A stretch of 56,450 bases of DNA, counting the filler, from Sphacelaria rigidula (lineage: Eukaryota), in the NCBI GenBank assembly GCA_964200075.2. It is 7 parts of 7 records of this genome, joined end to end, with 100 filler letters (N's around TTAATTAATTAA, not from the genome) between each part and the next. Parts side by side here need not be neighbours in the genome. Positions count along the whole stretch, not along the records: positions 24,238 to 32,216 come from CAXNAA020012761.1; positions 32,317 to 40,294 come from CAXNAA020012762.1; 5 more parts are not named here. One strand, 5' to 3'. A program made the translations under genes and the position numbers. Each line of letters opens with the position of its first letter. The first letter of the stretch is position 1. Of this stretch, positions 24,138-36,200 are shown in pieces. The notes beneath the pieces were generated by a model. The model was not told where the DNA came from and did not search any database. It saw nothing but the letters and a program-made list of their open reading frames with translations.

Positions 24138-24237
24138 NNNNNNNNNNNNNNNNNNNNNNNNNNNNNNNNNNNNNNNNNNNNTTAATTAATTAANNNNNNN
24201 NNNNNNNNNNNNNNNNNNNNNNNNNNNNNNNNNNNNN
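24138..24237. other. Artificial contig linker N44-TTAATTAATTAA-N44
   Basis: Same 100-bp structure. Confidence 0.98.
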
Positions 24238-24716
24238 ACACTCTCCCCCCCCCATATCCACCTGCCTCCACCACACCACAAACAACCCCGCCCCCCCCCC
24301 TCTTGGCCCCCAAAAACGCAGGGAAAAAACAGAGTAGGCACGGTTGGTGTAAACAGTTGATTTCACCACGTTTCTGTACGAGCAAAGCAAGATGAAGCTC
24401 AGGCACAGAAGACGACACAACGCCCAGAGAAACGGAGCCCAAGATGATAAGAAAGGAAGCCGCTAAACAGTCACAGATGCTGCCAAAAGCTTACGTGAAT
24501 GATGTCGGATGTGAAGAAATCGGTCATGTTTTGAATGTAGTCGTCTGGTTTTGGAACTCACAGAAGTAGAGGAAAGGTAGGCAAGGGGCAGAGTAAAGGA
24601 ACGACGAGACGTGAACAAGCGTGGAGGCTGGCAATTGCACTAAGGCATCTCGAAAGCATAAACAAAAAGGTTGCATTGATGAAGGTGGGAGAGGGTAGAA
24701 TGAAAATGGGACTTAC

Positions 24717-25367
24717 ATGGTAGAAAAGGGGTTCAACGGCGAAAAGAAATGTATGGTGGTGATGCTTGCCGTGGGCGGTGGTTCAGTGTCCGGCTCCGCT
24801 CCTGGTGGCCGTAGGCCGGGAACCCCGGTCGAGTTGGGTTGTTTTTTTTCTTGTGGGGTTGAGGGTCGTCTTTGCTTGGTGGCGCCACGAGGTTCTCTCC
24901 GATCAGGGGGGGTAGAACAGGTAGTGTTCCGCGGTACTTTCCGAGGAGTGGAGTTGTCGTTTCTCGAGGCAAACGCCTCTTTTTCTTGGAACAAGTGCCG
25001 TTGGAAAACAGACGAGAGCTCAGCACGGGTGTCGTAGAAGCAGCCTCGACACCTTATAAAATCTTCGTCATTATCCCCCGCTGACAAGTCAAAGAGGAGT
25101 TTTGAGGTAGAGGGGGCTCTCCATTCGTAGCAAGGGGGAGAGCTGTTCTCATCCGCTTTGACTAGGGTCTCGGCGCCGTTGCGGTCGTCGGCGTGAGCGT
25201 TTACCCTGTCTTTACCGCCGGTGGGGTCGGTCATGCGGTGGTACGGAGTGCTGACACCGATGTCCACGCCACACGCAAGGCAGACGAAGGGGGCCTGTTT
25301 CTTGGCGCCCTTCGGCACTGGATTCGTCCCCTGGGATACAGAGACATGGGTGGTGCACGCGGAGCAC
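24717..25367 (-). CDS. Large internal exon (651 nt, phase 2-2) of an unknown protein with CxxC pairs
   Basis: Pyrimidine tract plus caacAG acceptor, consensus GTAAGT donor, open frame CSAC…CLAC…CRGC followed by a Pro/Thr/Arg-rich region. Confidence 0.55.
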
Positions 25368-26388
25368 CTGTTGACTTTGAACGGATCAGGGAAAGGACGA
25401 AGGGACGGTTGCGGAAAGTGCAGCGAGGAAAGTACGGGAGGAAACATAGTTGAACCGTGAGCGAATGCGTGACCAACGGGTGTTGGAAGCAATAATGTCA
25501 AGTGGTTGGAAAAAGCAAGAAGTTGGATAATAGGTTGCTTTCGGTAATCACGTTACGAGCTGAGCTAGTCTGAAGCATTCTTTGGGCACCACCTTTGCAC
25601 GGTTGGTCTAAGAGTTGACAGCTGAAAGTTGAGGGGTACTCCTCGATGACCTTACCGTGGTAAAACCACGGGCATGTTGATAGTTGTGGCAGTTTCTACA
25701 ATCAGATTTCGAGTATAGGACCAGGGCCAGCAAGCAAGTACAGCATGCAGAGGTGAGTTATATTGCGTAAACACAGAAAAGGTGGGAGGTCCTCTTCTAG
25801 CGGACCGTCCTCCTTGTGTGTTGAATCGTGGGCTGAATTCGGATGGTGTCACCTCCTATGGGAACGTACACCGAACACATGCATCAATTGGCCTGGGAAC
25901 TGGAGCAGCTAATACTGTCTATTTCTACTGTAACTGAAGGTGAACCGAAAATAGCTACGAGAGCGCCAGCTGTTCAGTTTGTCTGGGGTTTTCTCGTGGC
26001 CGGGTACTTACTTTTATAATAGTTATTATTATGGTGGGTTTATAACAAAGAAACACTGTATATAATTAGACTGTACGATTGAAGTCTGCACTCTACAGTA
26101 ATACAGGTACCACAAACTTCGTTGGTACCTGGTTATTTTGCAGTTTTCCATCTATCGACCATAGCGGTTAGGTCGACGGTTGGTCAGTCGAATGAGGAAA
26201 ATTAAGGAATAAACAAGAAGCGTGACTTATATATGGTGGGACGCTTGCTGCGGAAGTGCCGAACGCCAAACCCCGATTCCCAATTGCGTGGTGAAGAGCG
26301 TTCTGAACATGATGCAGTACATGCATACTACAGTACTTAGCGTCAGAAGTATACGGAACTCGTAATTTCTTAGTTTCTCATAGATTTC

Positions 26389-26592
26389 CAAGGGTAGGTT
26401 GAGTAGAGTATACTCAATTGCGGGGTATTTTGAAAGACGTACTTGGGGTACTCACATTAGGGTTTCGTGTTGGGAGTCGTACCCAAACTACAACTGGAAA
26501 GCGATCCCTAAAACCCTACCCCAATTTTTGTACTTTGAGTACGACTTTCAAAATACCCCGCAATTGAGTATACTCTACTCGACCTGCCCTTG
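26389..26592. mobile_element. hAT-like MITE (204 bp, ~48-bp TIRs)
   Basis: caagggtaggttgagtagagtatactcaattgcggggtattttgaaag … ctttcaaaataccccgcaattgagtatactctactcgacctgcccttg. A second copy lies in opposite orientation at 35299-35503. The TSD is degenerate here. Confidence 0.85.
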
Positions 26593-27229
26593 CAAGATTT
26601 TCATGGGTAATAATACGTGGTGCGCTCACCAGATTCAGATATGTATTTATTTACATGTTCCTCTTTCTGCGACTGGTCGTCGATGACTTGTACGGATCGG
26701 CGCTCTTTTGAAAATTACAAAAAAACAACAACGAGTGTCATCACCCGGTCACCGTCTGCCACCGACTGCAGTGGTAGAGTTTCCATGCCGAGTGACCTGG
26801 AAAGCGCGCGCATACTCCTCGTTCGGCGAAGTTGCTCCAGTAACGTCTGACTCGTCTCTTCGTTTCTGGTTGTTTCCGTGTCTTGCTGTTGCATCCCCTC
26901 CTCTTAACTTGAGTTTCTCTCCTCGCGACTCGAGTCTTTCGGGGTTCAGTGTGTATATATATATATATATATACATACATATATATTCTTGATCCCGCCC
27001 GTCTATCTTGAAAGGAAGCACAACCGCAGGAGCTTTATTCGAACCGGGCCGTTCAACATGAGACAGTGAATTGACCAATCCACCGCTTGATCAAGAAATG
27101 AACTCGCCAACAAACCGATCGATCATTCGATCGCACGTGTTTGTATCTGTCCACGACATTCATATTTACTCGATTTTTATTTTGTTGTTGTATATTTTTC
27201 TGGGGGACGGGGGGGGGGGGGACATGCAG

Positions 27230-29142
27230 GACTGCTTTACAGAGGCGAGGCATGTCCACGTGGAAATGGCGGAATTGATCAAGCTAAGGGAGCGACAGGA
27301 ACAGTGAGTGTCTAAAAAAAAACCCGTAGGTGATGGAGTACAACACCCTCTCCCCCCAAAAGATCCAATATTTTCAGCTTAGATGTCCTCATGATGAAGA
27401 CACTCGCACGGCCGGAGTATTTTAATCAATGGAACATGTCTACGAACTGGTGTCCTTCCAAACAATAACGCAGCTGTTGCACCAGAGGAGATATTCTGAG
27501 TTGATTGATTGATGTATGATCTCTTTGAGACAGACTCCAGGTTCGAAGCGTGACGAACATAAACAAAAAATACTCCGTGAACTAATTAATGATGTACCAG
27601 TGACAAACAAATAGTCAGTGTATCATGATGGAAATCTATGCTGTAATGAAATCCTGATAGATGTTGATCATTTCCGGGAACAGTTTTTCTTGTTTTCTCT
27701 AACACTTGTTAAACGTCACTCGGACCCGCCCGCAAAAACACAGCAACAGCCATTTCACCCAAGGAAACGTTTCGTGCATTTTTTGGAGTATGCACTTCTG
27801 ATCAAATAGTCCGTCGTGAAGCACACATTTGTGCTATGTTTCACGTGATGGTTCCCTTTCGGAACGGTTTGTCGTACAATACTCATGTCTCGGGTCATCG
27901 TTTGGACCTGAAACGAGGGTGTGTCGTCATCAAGCACTTTTACCAAAAACGTCTCTTTTTTTTTTCTCGTTTTTTACTTCATAATTTCTTCTTCTTTTTT
28001 TAAAAATCAAAACGACAAGCAATCATGTTTTTTCCACACCTTGAACAACAGTCCATATTGCTGTGTACCAACACAGCTGCCGGGAGTGACCCCATGTAGG
28101 AATTTTGACAGCAACATGGGGTGACCATGACGAAATGAATGCATGGAATGGATGAAAATGGGATGACCCGACGACACGCAACCCCGCTGTGAGGGGTGTG
28201 ATGACAGCAGATAAACAAAATCCTCGGGTGTGAGGGTGTGGGAATGTTGGGATGTGGTTGTGACGGTAGTGCCTGGGCTTACAAGATAACAGCCGTGTGG
28301 TATGACACGTAACGTGCGAATCAGCGAGCACCTGTCTATGCTAGATTGGTACAGAGTAACTTGCTTAACAAAGGTGTAGACATGCACAATAATACATCAA
28401 AACACAAGTACGTAGTAGACCAAGGTTGCGCTCTGTAAGGCATACCGGTTGAAATTCGGATGTTGACGTGCGTGCAAGAGACGAATTTCATCGGTACAAT
28501 ACAGTCTCGACCGATATTAGATCGTTCGGAAAGACCGGTAAAATAGTCGGGGGTGGAGGAGGAAGTAGATGCACCGAATTTGCACCCGCGCAAAAAAAGA
28601 GAGGGTAGAACTTGTGTAGTGTGAGCGTGTGTACCGTGTAACGAGAAAGCGGGACGTGTTGCAACTGAAACGAAGGCGACATGAAATCGTCTGGTACATT
28701 AGGTAGTGTCGACAAGACGATGGCTATACTAAGGGAGAGATGGTTGGCCACGGACGGCGAAACAGGGAGTGAAGAATATATGATAAAGGGTTTTGTGTGA
28801 TGTTTATGAGAGAAACGGTGCTCTGTCAGGAGTAGAAACGGTGCTCTGTCTCGAAAGGGATGCGTGGTTGATTGTCAAAACAACCAAGGCAAGCAACGAA
28901 TGAGTCTCCCCCCCCTTCTTACGAGCCTGGTCCGTCGAAAACGCGGCATGCCTCGTCCGAGCATTATAGAGATGCGAGGTCAATGGTCTTCCGACTATGG
29001 CATGCAAGATTATGAGTACCCCGCCCCCCTGGAGGAAAAAACAAATAGTAACAGCACTCAATCGAGAAAAGAAGAAAGAAAAACGCCGAAGAGCATACAT
29101 GGTGCGCACCCTCAGCATTCATTCCCTTCGAGAGCCACACAC

Positions 29143-29194
<52 letters not shown>

Positions 29195-29418
29195 ATGCCT
29201 GATTCCGCATTTGATCCGCCAAATTCTATTTCTGGGTGAATCGCGGGGTGTACTTACTCCTGCCCCCCCTTTTCGGTTCCCCTGCTCCGGCCAACCATGG
29301 GAGCAGGGAAGTTGCGCTGGAACGACCGGTGTTTGAGACCGCTCGCGAAAGGAGGGCCGAGCAGGAGAAGATCTCGGAACAGATGGCCCACGAGGAGGAG
29401 TGTGTGGACCAGCACCAG
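27230..29418 (+). CDS. Two phase-compatible exons (27230-27303, 29307-29418) of a coiled-coil protein
   Basis: cAG|DCFTEARHVHVEMAELIKLRERQE CA|GTGAGT joins pyrimidine tract-cAG|G EVALERPVFETARERRAEQEKISEQMAHEEECVDQHQ. The second donor would be non-canonical GCGAGC. Confidence 0.45.
29147..29192. repeat. (TC)23 microsatellite
   Basis: Read directly from the sequence. Confidence 0.95.
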
Positions 29419-29445
29419 GCGAGCATGCAGTCAACGCCGACGGAT

Positions 29446-29704
29446 GAGTCATGCTACGATAGGAGGGGGGGGGGTATTTTGAGCTGTTTTGTTCCATGAA
29501 ATTCTGCTTGAAATCGTCGTTAATAGCAGCAACGGTTGTTCAAACGCGCTTGCTTCCGACAAATACCGCTCATTTATACTGCTTGACACGCTTTTACCCA
29601 CATACAAGCGCACCGCGAGTATGTCAGGTCGTCTGAAGCATTCATGAGTCATTTTTTTGGTGGAGTCAGCCCCCTCGCCCCCCCCCCCTATCGTAGCATG
29701 GCTC
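29446..29704. mobile_element. MITE with GAG…CTC termini and 4-bp TSD (GGAT), Sola2-like
   Basis: TIRs gagtcatgctacgataggagggggggg / cccccccccctatcgtagcatggctc. GGAT flanks both ends (29442-29445, 29705-29708). Confidence 0.7.
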
Positions 29705-30760
29705 GGATTTCGATCAATCATTAAACTTTCTTTGATATTGATGAGCGCAGACAACAGATGGATAGCTAGCTGTGTCCGGGCGGAAAGTTGTTGGTCGATG
29801 CGATGAACATTATTCGTTTTTTTCTTGATAAAAATGCAACACAGACACAAATAAATACACATGTGCATGTCATATATTTGTATATACATACTGTATACTT
29901 CCTCTGTCACATGAGTAAAGTCCCTTATGATCACACGGGCCCTTAACCGTGTCCAATGCCGTAGGCGATATTTTTTTTCGAATCTTCAGGGTTTTTTTGG
30001 TTGAATAACATTTTGTTTTTCTCCTCTTTGCGCAGCAGCCAGCGTGCGCGAATGGCCCATAAATGATCAGTCGGCTCGAAAATAGCCACATTTTACCCCT
30101 TTTTCATGACACAGAGAAGAACCCTGGAAACCCGAAAAACGGCAAAAATCGCGATAAAAAGTATAACTGGCACTTTTTCTCCGGTTCATCTCTGGCATAC
30201 GATAGCTACGCCTAGTCCGAAACCACTCGTTTACATTGCAGCCTTCAGTTACTTCAAAACAAACCAACTTCGTCGAAATTCGGCCGATTCTAGGGTTGTA
30301 GGTCGGTGATTTTGTTTTTGTTTTTTTCCAGTGGTCATCCCCACTACCATATATTTTCAACAAGCCTAGCCATAACATCCGAAGCACCTCCGTTGGCGAG
30401 GTACGGTCTATCCCCCGAAACGGACTTGACTCATGGGATAGAGGAAGTATATGTACATGATGTGCCACATCTCTGGGCTGTGGACGAAGGAGGTGTAGTA
30501 GTCTGGTTTATTTGACATGTTTATGCTTTATCCAGAAGTGGATACATAATAGGCTACAGTATGTGTTCGCAGAGGAGAAAGGAGGGAAGGGAGGGAGGGG
30601 GGGAAAACAGAATTTATTTTCTCGGAAGTTTCCCCGTGGCACTTTTTCCCGTGGTTCATTGCGGTATATGGGAGTTGTCCTCAATCCCGAACACGTTTGC
30701 GAAATCCAGCACCGTTCCGTATAATGGGGTAGAAAAATTAGGTTTTCATTACAGCCGGTC

Positions 30761-31030
30761 GCCCCGGTGGCTCAGTTGGTAACCTCGACAGCTGTTGACG
30801 GTTGGGTCGTGGGTTCAAATATCGGTGACGTCACACGATCTGGGATTCGAAGTAGTCTAACTCACAAAAATTGGGGTGAGAGGCGGCGATTCAGGAAGCA
30901 GGCAGGGCGAAATTCGGAACAATATTTTCAAGCCCGTTTACCGGCCCAGGTGTGGGACCTCGCTAGGCGATGACCGATAAAAAAATGGGAAAGATTGATA
31001 TATATATATATATATATATATTTCTTTTTT
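30761..31030 (+). mobile_element. tRNA-derived SINE-like element with Pol III A and B boxes
   Basis: gccccggTGGCTCAGTTGGt (A box 30768-30779) and GGTTCAAATat (B box at about 30812). No intact cloverleaf. The 3' limit at the (TA)n/T tract is a guess. Confidence 0.55.
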
Positions 31031-32144
31031 CTCACACAATGCCCAACAGTGGAGAGCGACTATGTCGTGGGTACACAATCTTCGACTTCACGGTCGACGA
31101 GGGAAGGGGACCGCTGTACCCTTCTCGCAGTATCACATATGGCAAGCGCAGCAGAAGAAGGAAGGTGGAGAATTAAAACAAATTGAAAAAAAAAAATGCT
31201 GTGTTGGCCTTTCTCCTGTGTTTACCCCGCGGGTGATGCACCCACATATACCGAAAGGTGTAGACTGGCGTCCAGAGAAATGGGATGACAACACACACAC
31301 ACATTGCCGTGGAACAGTGTATCGCGATTCGCTTCATTCACTTTTTATTAATTGTCGTACATTAAGTGCAAATACAGGGCCCGCGTAGGATCCCATATCT
31401 GTTATCAAGTGTGGCTCGGAGGTATGCACGGTGTCCAGGCGATGCCACGACCAGGGTTTCGAACCCCATGCGGACATATTTTTGTGACTCCCACATTTTT
31501 CGCTTTCGAAAAAATGAAGCACTGCTGTTTGCGATCGGTAAACTTTGATGGAAACAAATTCAACAGCTACGTTCCGACCCGCGGTCGAGAGGGTTGTCGT
31601 TCCCCCCCGCACACGTACGCACTTGAGGTCAGCGGCTTATGTTTTTCGGTTGCGATCTTAAGATCAGCGACTCACGCGTGTTTGCGTCAAACGCTGCGAC
31701 AAGAAAGACACCTTGCAGTCGAAAATAGAGGCACGATTTTGTAGGTTGAGAGTTGAGGGAAAACGTGAGAGAACGGCTAGATACATGTTTTGGCGCCAGA
31801 GAACATTAAAAACGCGGCCATTTGTGGGGGTTTCGATTTTTTTTCAACTTGACAAAAGAGAGGGCCGGAGCAAAATAAAACGCTACTTATTTATTGTCTC
31901 CTTGGAGAGGATGGACTACATCCAAGTAAAACTGCCTGCCTTGCACTCATCTCGAATTTATTCTACAACATCTACGCCCCCCCTGGCTTGGCCTTTATTC
32001 CCAGCTTCTCCGTGGGTAGGATGCCGACGTCCGAACCCGACTTGTGTCACGAGTTGTGCACGCACACAGTATGCATACCGCCTACTAAACGCTCACACGC
32101 CGGAAACATAGCACTACCGCGGGGGCGTGACATGCGATACTTGC

Positions 32145-32216
32145 AAGGGTCGGACAAATAATGATTCGTCTGAAAATTACTTGGTTTTAGTATGATGAGA
32201 CGACTCGTGACGAATC
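32145..32216 (+). mobile_element. Terminus of a CAAGGG-ended (hAT-like) element at the contig end
   Basis: caagggtcggacaaataatgattcgtctgaaaattacttggttttagtat. Its reverse complement occurs at about 48595-48645. Confidence 0.6.
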
Positions 32217-32316
32217 NNNNNNNNNNNNNNNNNNNNNNNNNNNNNNNNNNNNNNNNNNNNTTAATTAATTAANNNNNNNNNNNNNNNNNNNNNNNNNNNN
32301 NNNNNNNNNNNNNNNN
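32217..32316. other. Artificial contig linker N44-TTAATTAATTAA-N44
   Basis: Same 100-bp structure. Confidence 0.98.
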
Positions 32317-33219
32317 GAATGATCAAAGCCACTCTCAATCGTATCATCTACTCTCAATCTCACGAAAACACTGTTATATCTATATTAGCATTTGTTAATT
32401 GACCGTGGAGCACTTCGAATGAAGCGTATTGGGCTACAGTGACGTTGTTGAGCCTGCAGAGTCGTCCCAAATTTTAGAGGCTTGACACCACCTGTTGCTG
32501 CGCAGCCGCGTTTCGTTTGTTCCTCCGTCGCCATCTCCAATGCAGTATCTAGGTATATCCACGTTTTCAAGCCAGTCGTATTTACGATACGTGAAAATAA
32601 ATTTGCCAGGTTTTAGAGACCACCCCTGGTCGTGAGGGCTCTTAAAATTTGGCATCACGCACGCACAATGTACTTCTAACCGGCACAACATGCACAGAGA
32701 AACAACATGAACGCCTTGAGGAAATATTCACAACGTTCCACACTGAATGTGACAGCAATACCGCCAGTCCCGATGGTAACTTCTCCGCCGCCTGCAAAGT
32801 GCTGACGGATTTCGAGGAAGTGGCGGTGAAACCTCGGTTCTCAAAAGCTGCACGGTGAAGTTGCTCACCGACTGTTTCACATTTTCGTACACCCACGTTC
32901 ATGCAGCATATAGAAGCTACGATATTTTGGTGGCCCTGCCCCCTGTCCTATGTCGTGCCTATCGCCCGCCCGATCCATTCTCTCTCCTTCCTTCCGTATA
33001 AGCTATGATACGGGCTGGGTGATTCGTGGGTGCGGCGGAGTCTCGACGATGCCTGTCACTTCGGGCCGCCTCTTATTACATTTTTAACCAACGCGTTGTG
33101 GTTGCACCATCTACCCACGGACTCCGGCGCACGCTCCCCAGGGGTAGGGAGGGTGCCACTGAAACACGAGTATGGCAGGCTTGTGAGAAGGTTGGGTGAC
33201 GATACCGTCTTCATGCTCC

Positions 33220-36200
33220 TTACGATGTAGGTGCGTAGCTGAGGATAGGGGCGATGATGTCGCCTGCAGCAAAATAAATCGCCCATCCCAAACAACATCA
33301 ACTGCTGGTACATTCCACGAATGATGCCATGTGCTCAATCTACTGTCTGCACTGGGTCTACAACTTCATGGACGGGAGAGACGGAGCTAGGGAACCATCT
33401 CTTCCAGTAATGTGGCAGCGCAGTCTCGAAACATAACACATGGGACGAGCATGTGTAAAACGGGGCGGCACATGTGAATTATATTACTAAATATCAGGGC
33501 CGAGTCACCAGAAAAGCTCGTAGGCGGGTTCTCATCCGCTGAGCAATTTGAGATATCTCCTCTGGTACTCAAGGATTGGAATTTTGGCGGTGATTCGAGC
33601 CCAAAGCAGGAGATATTCCCAACACATGCCTTGCGCATGTATTTGAATCTCATGGAGAGGACTTCGCCGAGCTCGCAGGTTCCACAAATACCCAATCATC
33701 GAAGACCCAGTCGAAACCGGAAATTTTTCGCGGGTGCTTCACATTGTCTCAATATTCTTCAACCTGAATTTGGACTTTGGTCGATGGGCATTTAAAAAGC
33801 GTAGGAGCATAGCGAAAAACGATACGTGTGAAATATCATCAACGGAGGCAGAGGAATATACTGCGAGTGTTTTCTAAGTGGCAAATGTGCCGAGAAAAGG
33901 CCGAAGACGAGAATATGCATTTTTGAAATAAACATCTCGTTCGTGGGTGCAGCCGCCTCACCACATGCACGCTGAACACTGGGCGGGAAGCTGTTCTGTG
34001 TGGCCCGTTACACACGTACTGCTGTTGCCTAGCAGCTAGGGCTGGTGAAAAACAGTTATCGTGAGCTACCGTTCATCTTACCTACAGCCGATCTCTCAAC
34101 CAACGAAAATACAAAAACTTTATACCCCGGTCTTGTCTACTCACGTCAAATATCGGTTCATGTTGTAGACGCAAAAACTGGCTCGCGTACGATTCAATGG
34201 ATTCGTCAACTCAGCGGATGTGAAAAAAAATCATACAGTATGTGTCTGAAAATATTAAACCACCAGCTAACGACACGTTTCGCGCATCCGTAACTAGGGC
34301 AACAGTTTATCTGGTCTGCTCACCTAGCTCTCGGGATACTTGCGCCAACGGTGGGAGGAAGCGACGGTGTTTGATGTCGGACAATCTGGACTCGGGGGCC
34401 ACCGACCAATCGCGTGCTATCCTTGGCGCTGGCCCTTGAAACACGCCGTCGATAATGTCCACTACCTTTATGTCCTGTGTAAGGAATTGATGGCGTGGCC
34501 ATTTAAACGTACAGGGGAGCGCCACAAACGGCAAGATGTTGAGGCGAACGTGAACGAAGTTTGGTCTCGTCAATCTACGCCGACATCGACTCCTTGCGAG
34601 TCCACACTCCTGCGAATTAGCACACTGCCGCTGTTCTTGTCGATAAATATTGACGGTCAGCGGATGGGCGACGTGCTCATCATAACGGGAGAAAAGAAAG
34701 AAACCGAGCGAGGGGAAAGCGCACAAGTGTTGCATGTGGATTGTACTCCGCGATACTACGCGGCGTAGTGATATCGCGGCGACCACTAAGGTGCAACTTT
34801 CGGATGCCTTTGCCGCTTAAGATCGTTTTTGGTGCCCTCAAGATTAACCCTGACCACTTCGTACGTGCTCTCTTCCGCATCTATAGCACACCGTATTCAA
34901 GCATGCCCGCCCACATTCAGCCAGCACGATGACACACTTTGTTGCTATTCAGACAATGGTACTTGACATTTCAACGAAGTGCCATATCTTGGGGATGGGA
35001 TAGATTCAGTTAATATCTCAATGGGTCTCTTATAGATACGCAGGAATTACTTCCCCGGCAATGGTTTTTCTGCTTTCGCGTCGTGATTAGTGGGTGTGAT
35101 GGCACCCCCCATAAAAGATCAGGAGAAACAAAAAGTTTGAGCGAACCGATTCGAAAAGCTCGAATTGGAGTTTCAAGTCGATTTGCGGAAGCACGCAATC
35201 AGCATCCTCGAAGGGGAACACGAACGTAGGAGCCACAGGGGTGAATACAAGAGTGTTACAAACCACCTGACACCATAACAAGCATATATCTATATATGCA
35301 AAGGTAAGTCGAGTAGAGTATACTCAATTGCGGGGTATTTTGAAAGTCGTACTAAAAATACACGAATTGGGGGTAGGGTTCCAGGGACCGCTTTCCAGTC
35401 ATGTTTTGGGTACAACTCCCAACACTATACTCCAATTTGAGTACCCCAAGTATGCCTTTCAAAATACCCCGCAATTGAGTATACTCTACTCGACCTGACC
35501 TTGTATATATGTCTACAGTTAATGTTCGGCCCAGTCCGTTGTGCTTACTTTTGATCGGATCTGCTCGGAATCAAATGAAAAGTTATGATTGGTGTCAGAT
35601 ACGCACGGACTCTATCACACATGTGGTCATCAGCAGCATGTTGGTGGTGAATTGACAAGCACGCGGCCACCTTGCTCCAACCCGTGTGGATTCGTGGATT
35701 CCCGCCAAACACAGCTGTATGCACATGAGGAAGAGAGAGCGCTAGCGTCCATAAACATATGTAACGGGTATTCATGCGTGATGTATTGAGACTCGGGATT
35801 CATATACTGTACGTTTTTGTAGCGTCGTTTGGTACAAGTGACGGGTTCGGACGCAGGGGCACTGCAAAAGTTGCTGTACGCTCGAACCCGTGTGCAGATC
35901 TAGTTTAGATATGCACAAAACAAACGTTGTGGGCGCAAATGTGTTTCACAAACTGATGCAGCAGACAGATCTCAGCCGTCTCGACAAGACACGGCCTCAT
36001 CATCACGAAACAGAGACTGCTCGCACCAGCGTGCATTACCATTCCCAACACGGGGATACCTGTACATGAAGTACACAAGATATGGAGGGTGAAGCAGTAA
36101 CATCGGCAGGAAATCACAAGGGTGCCAAGCTCTATGGCATTGAACACACGCCCCCCGACAGAGTTCTTTAAGAGAACGAGTGAGACATGTTCTAGAGGGA

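Noticed and set aside
30761-30835. Functional tRNA gene
   Set aside because: A and B boxes are present but acceptor and anticodon stems cannot be formed, so it is treated as a SINE head.
32649-32858. VLLTGT as SNF2 helicase motif III
   Set aside because: No upstream DEGH/DEAH motif, the Pro of TGTP is missing, and there is no exon structure.
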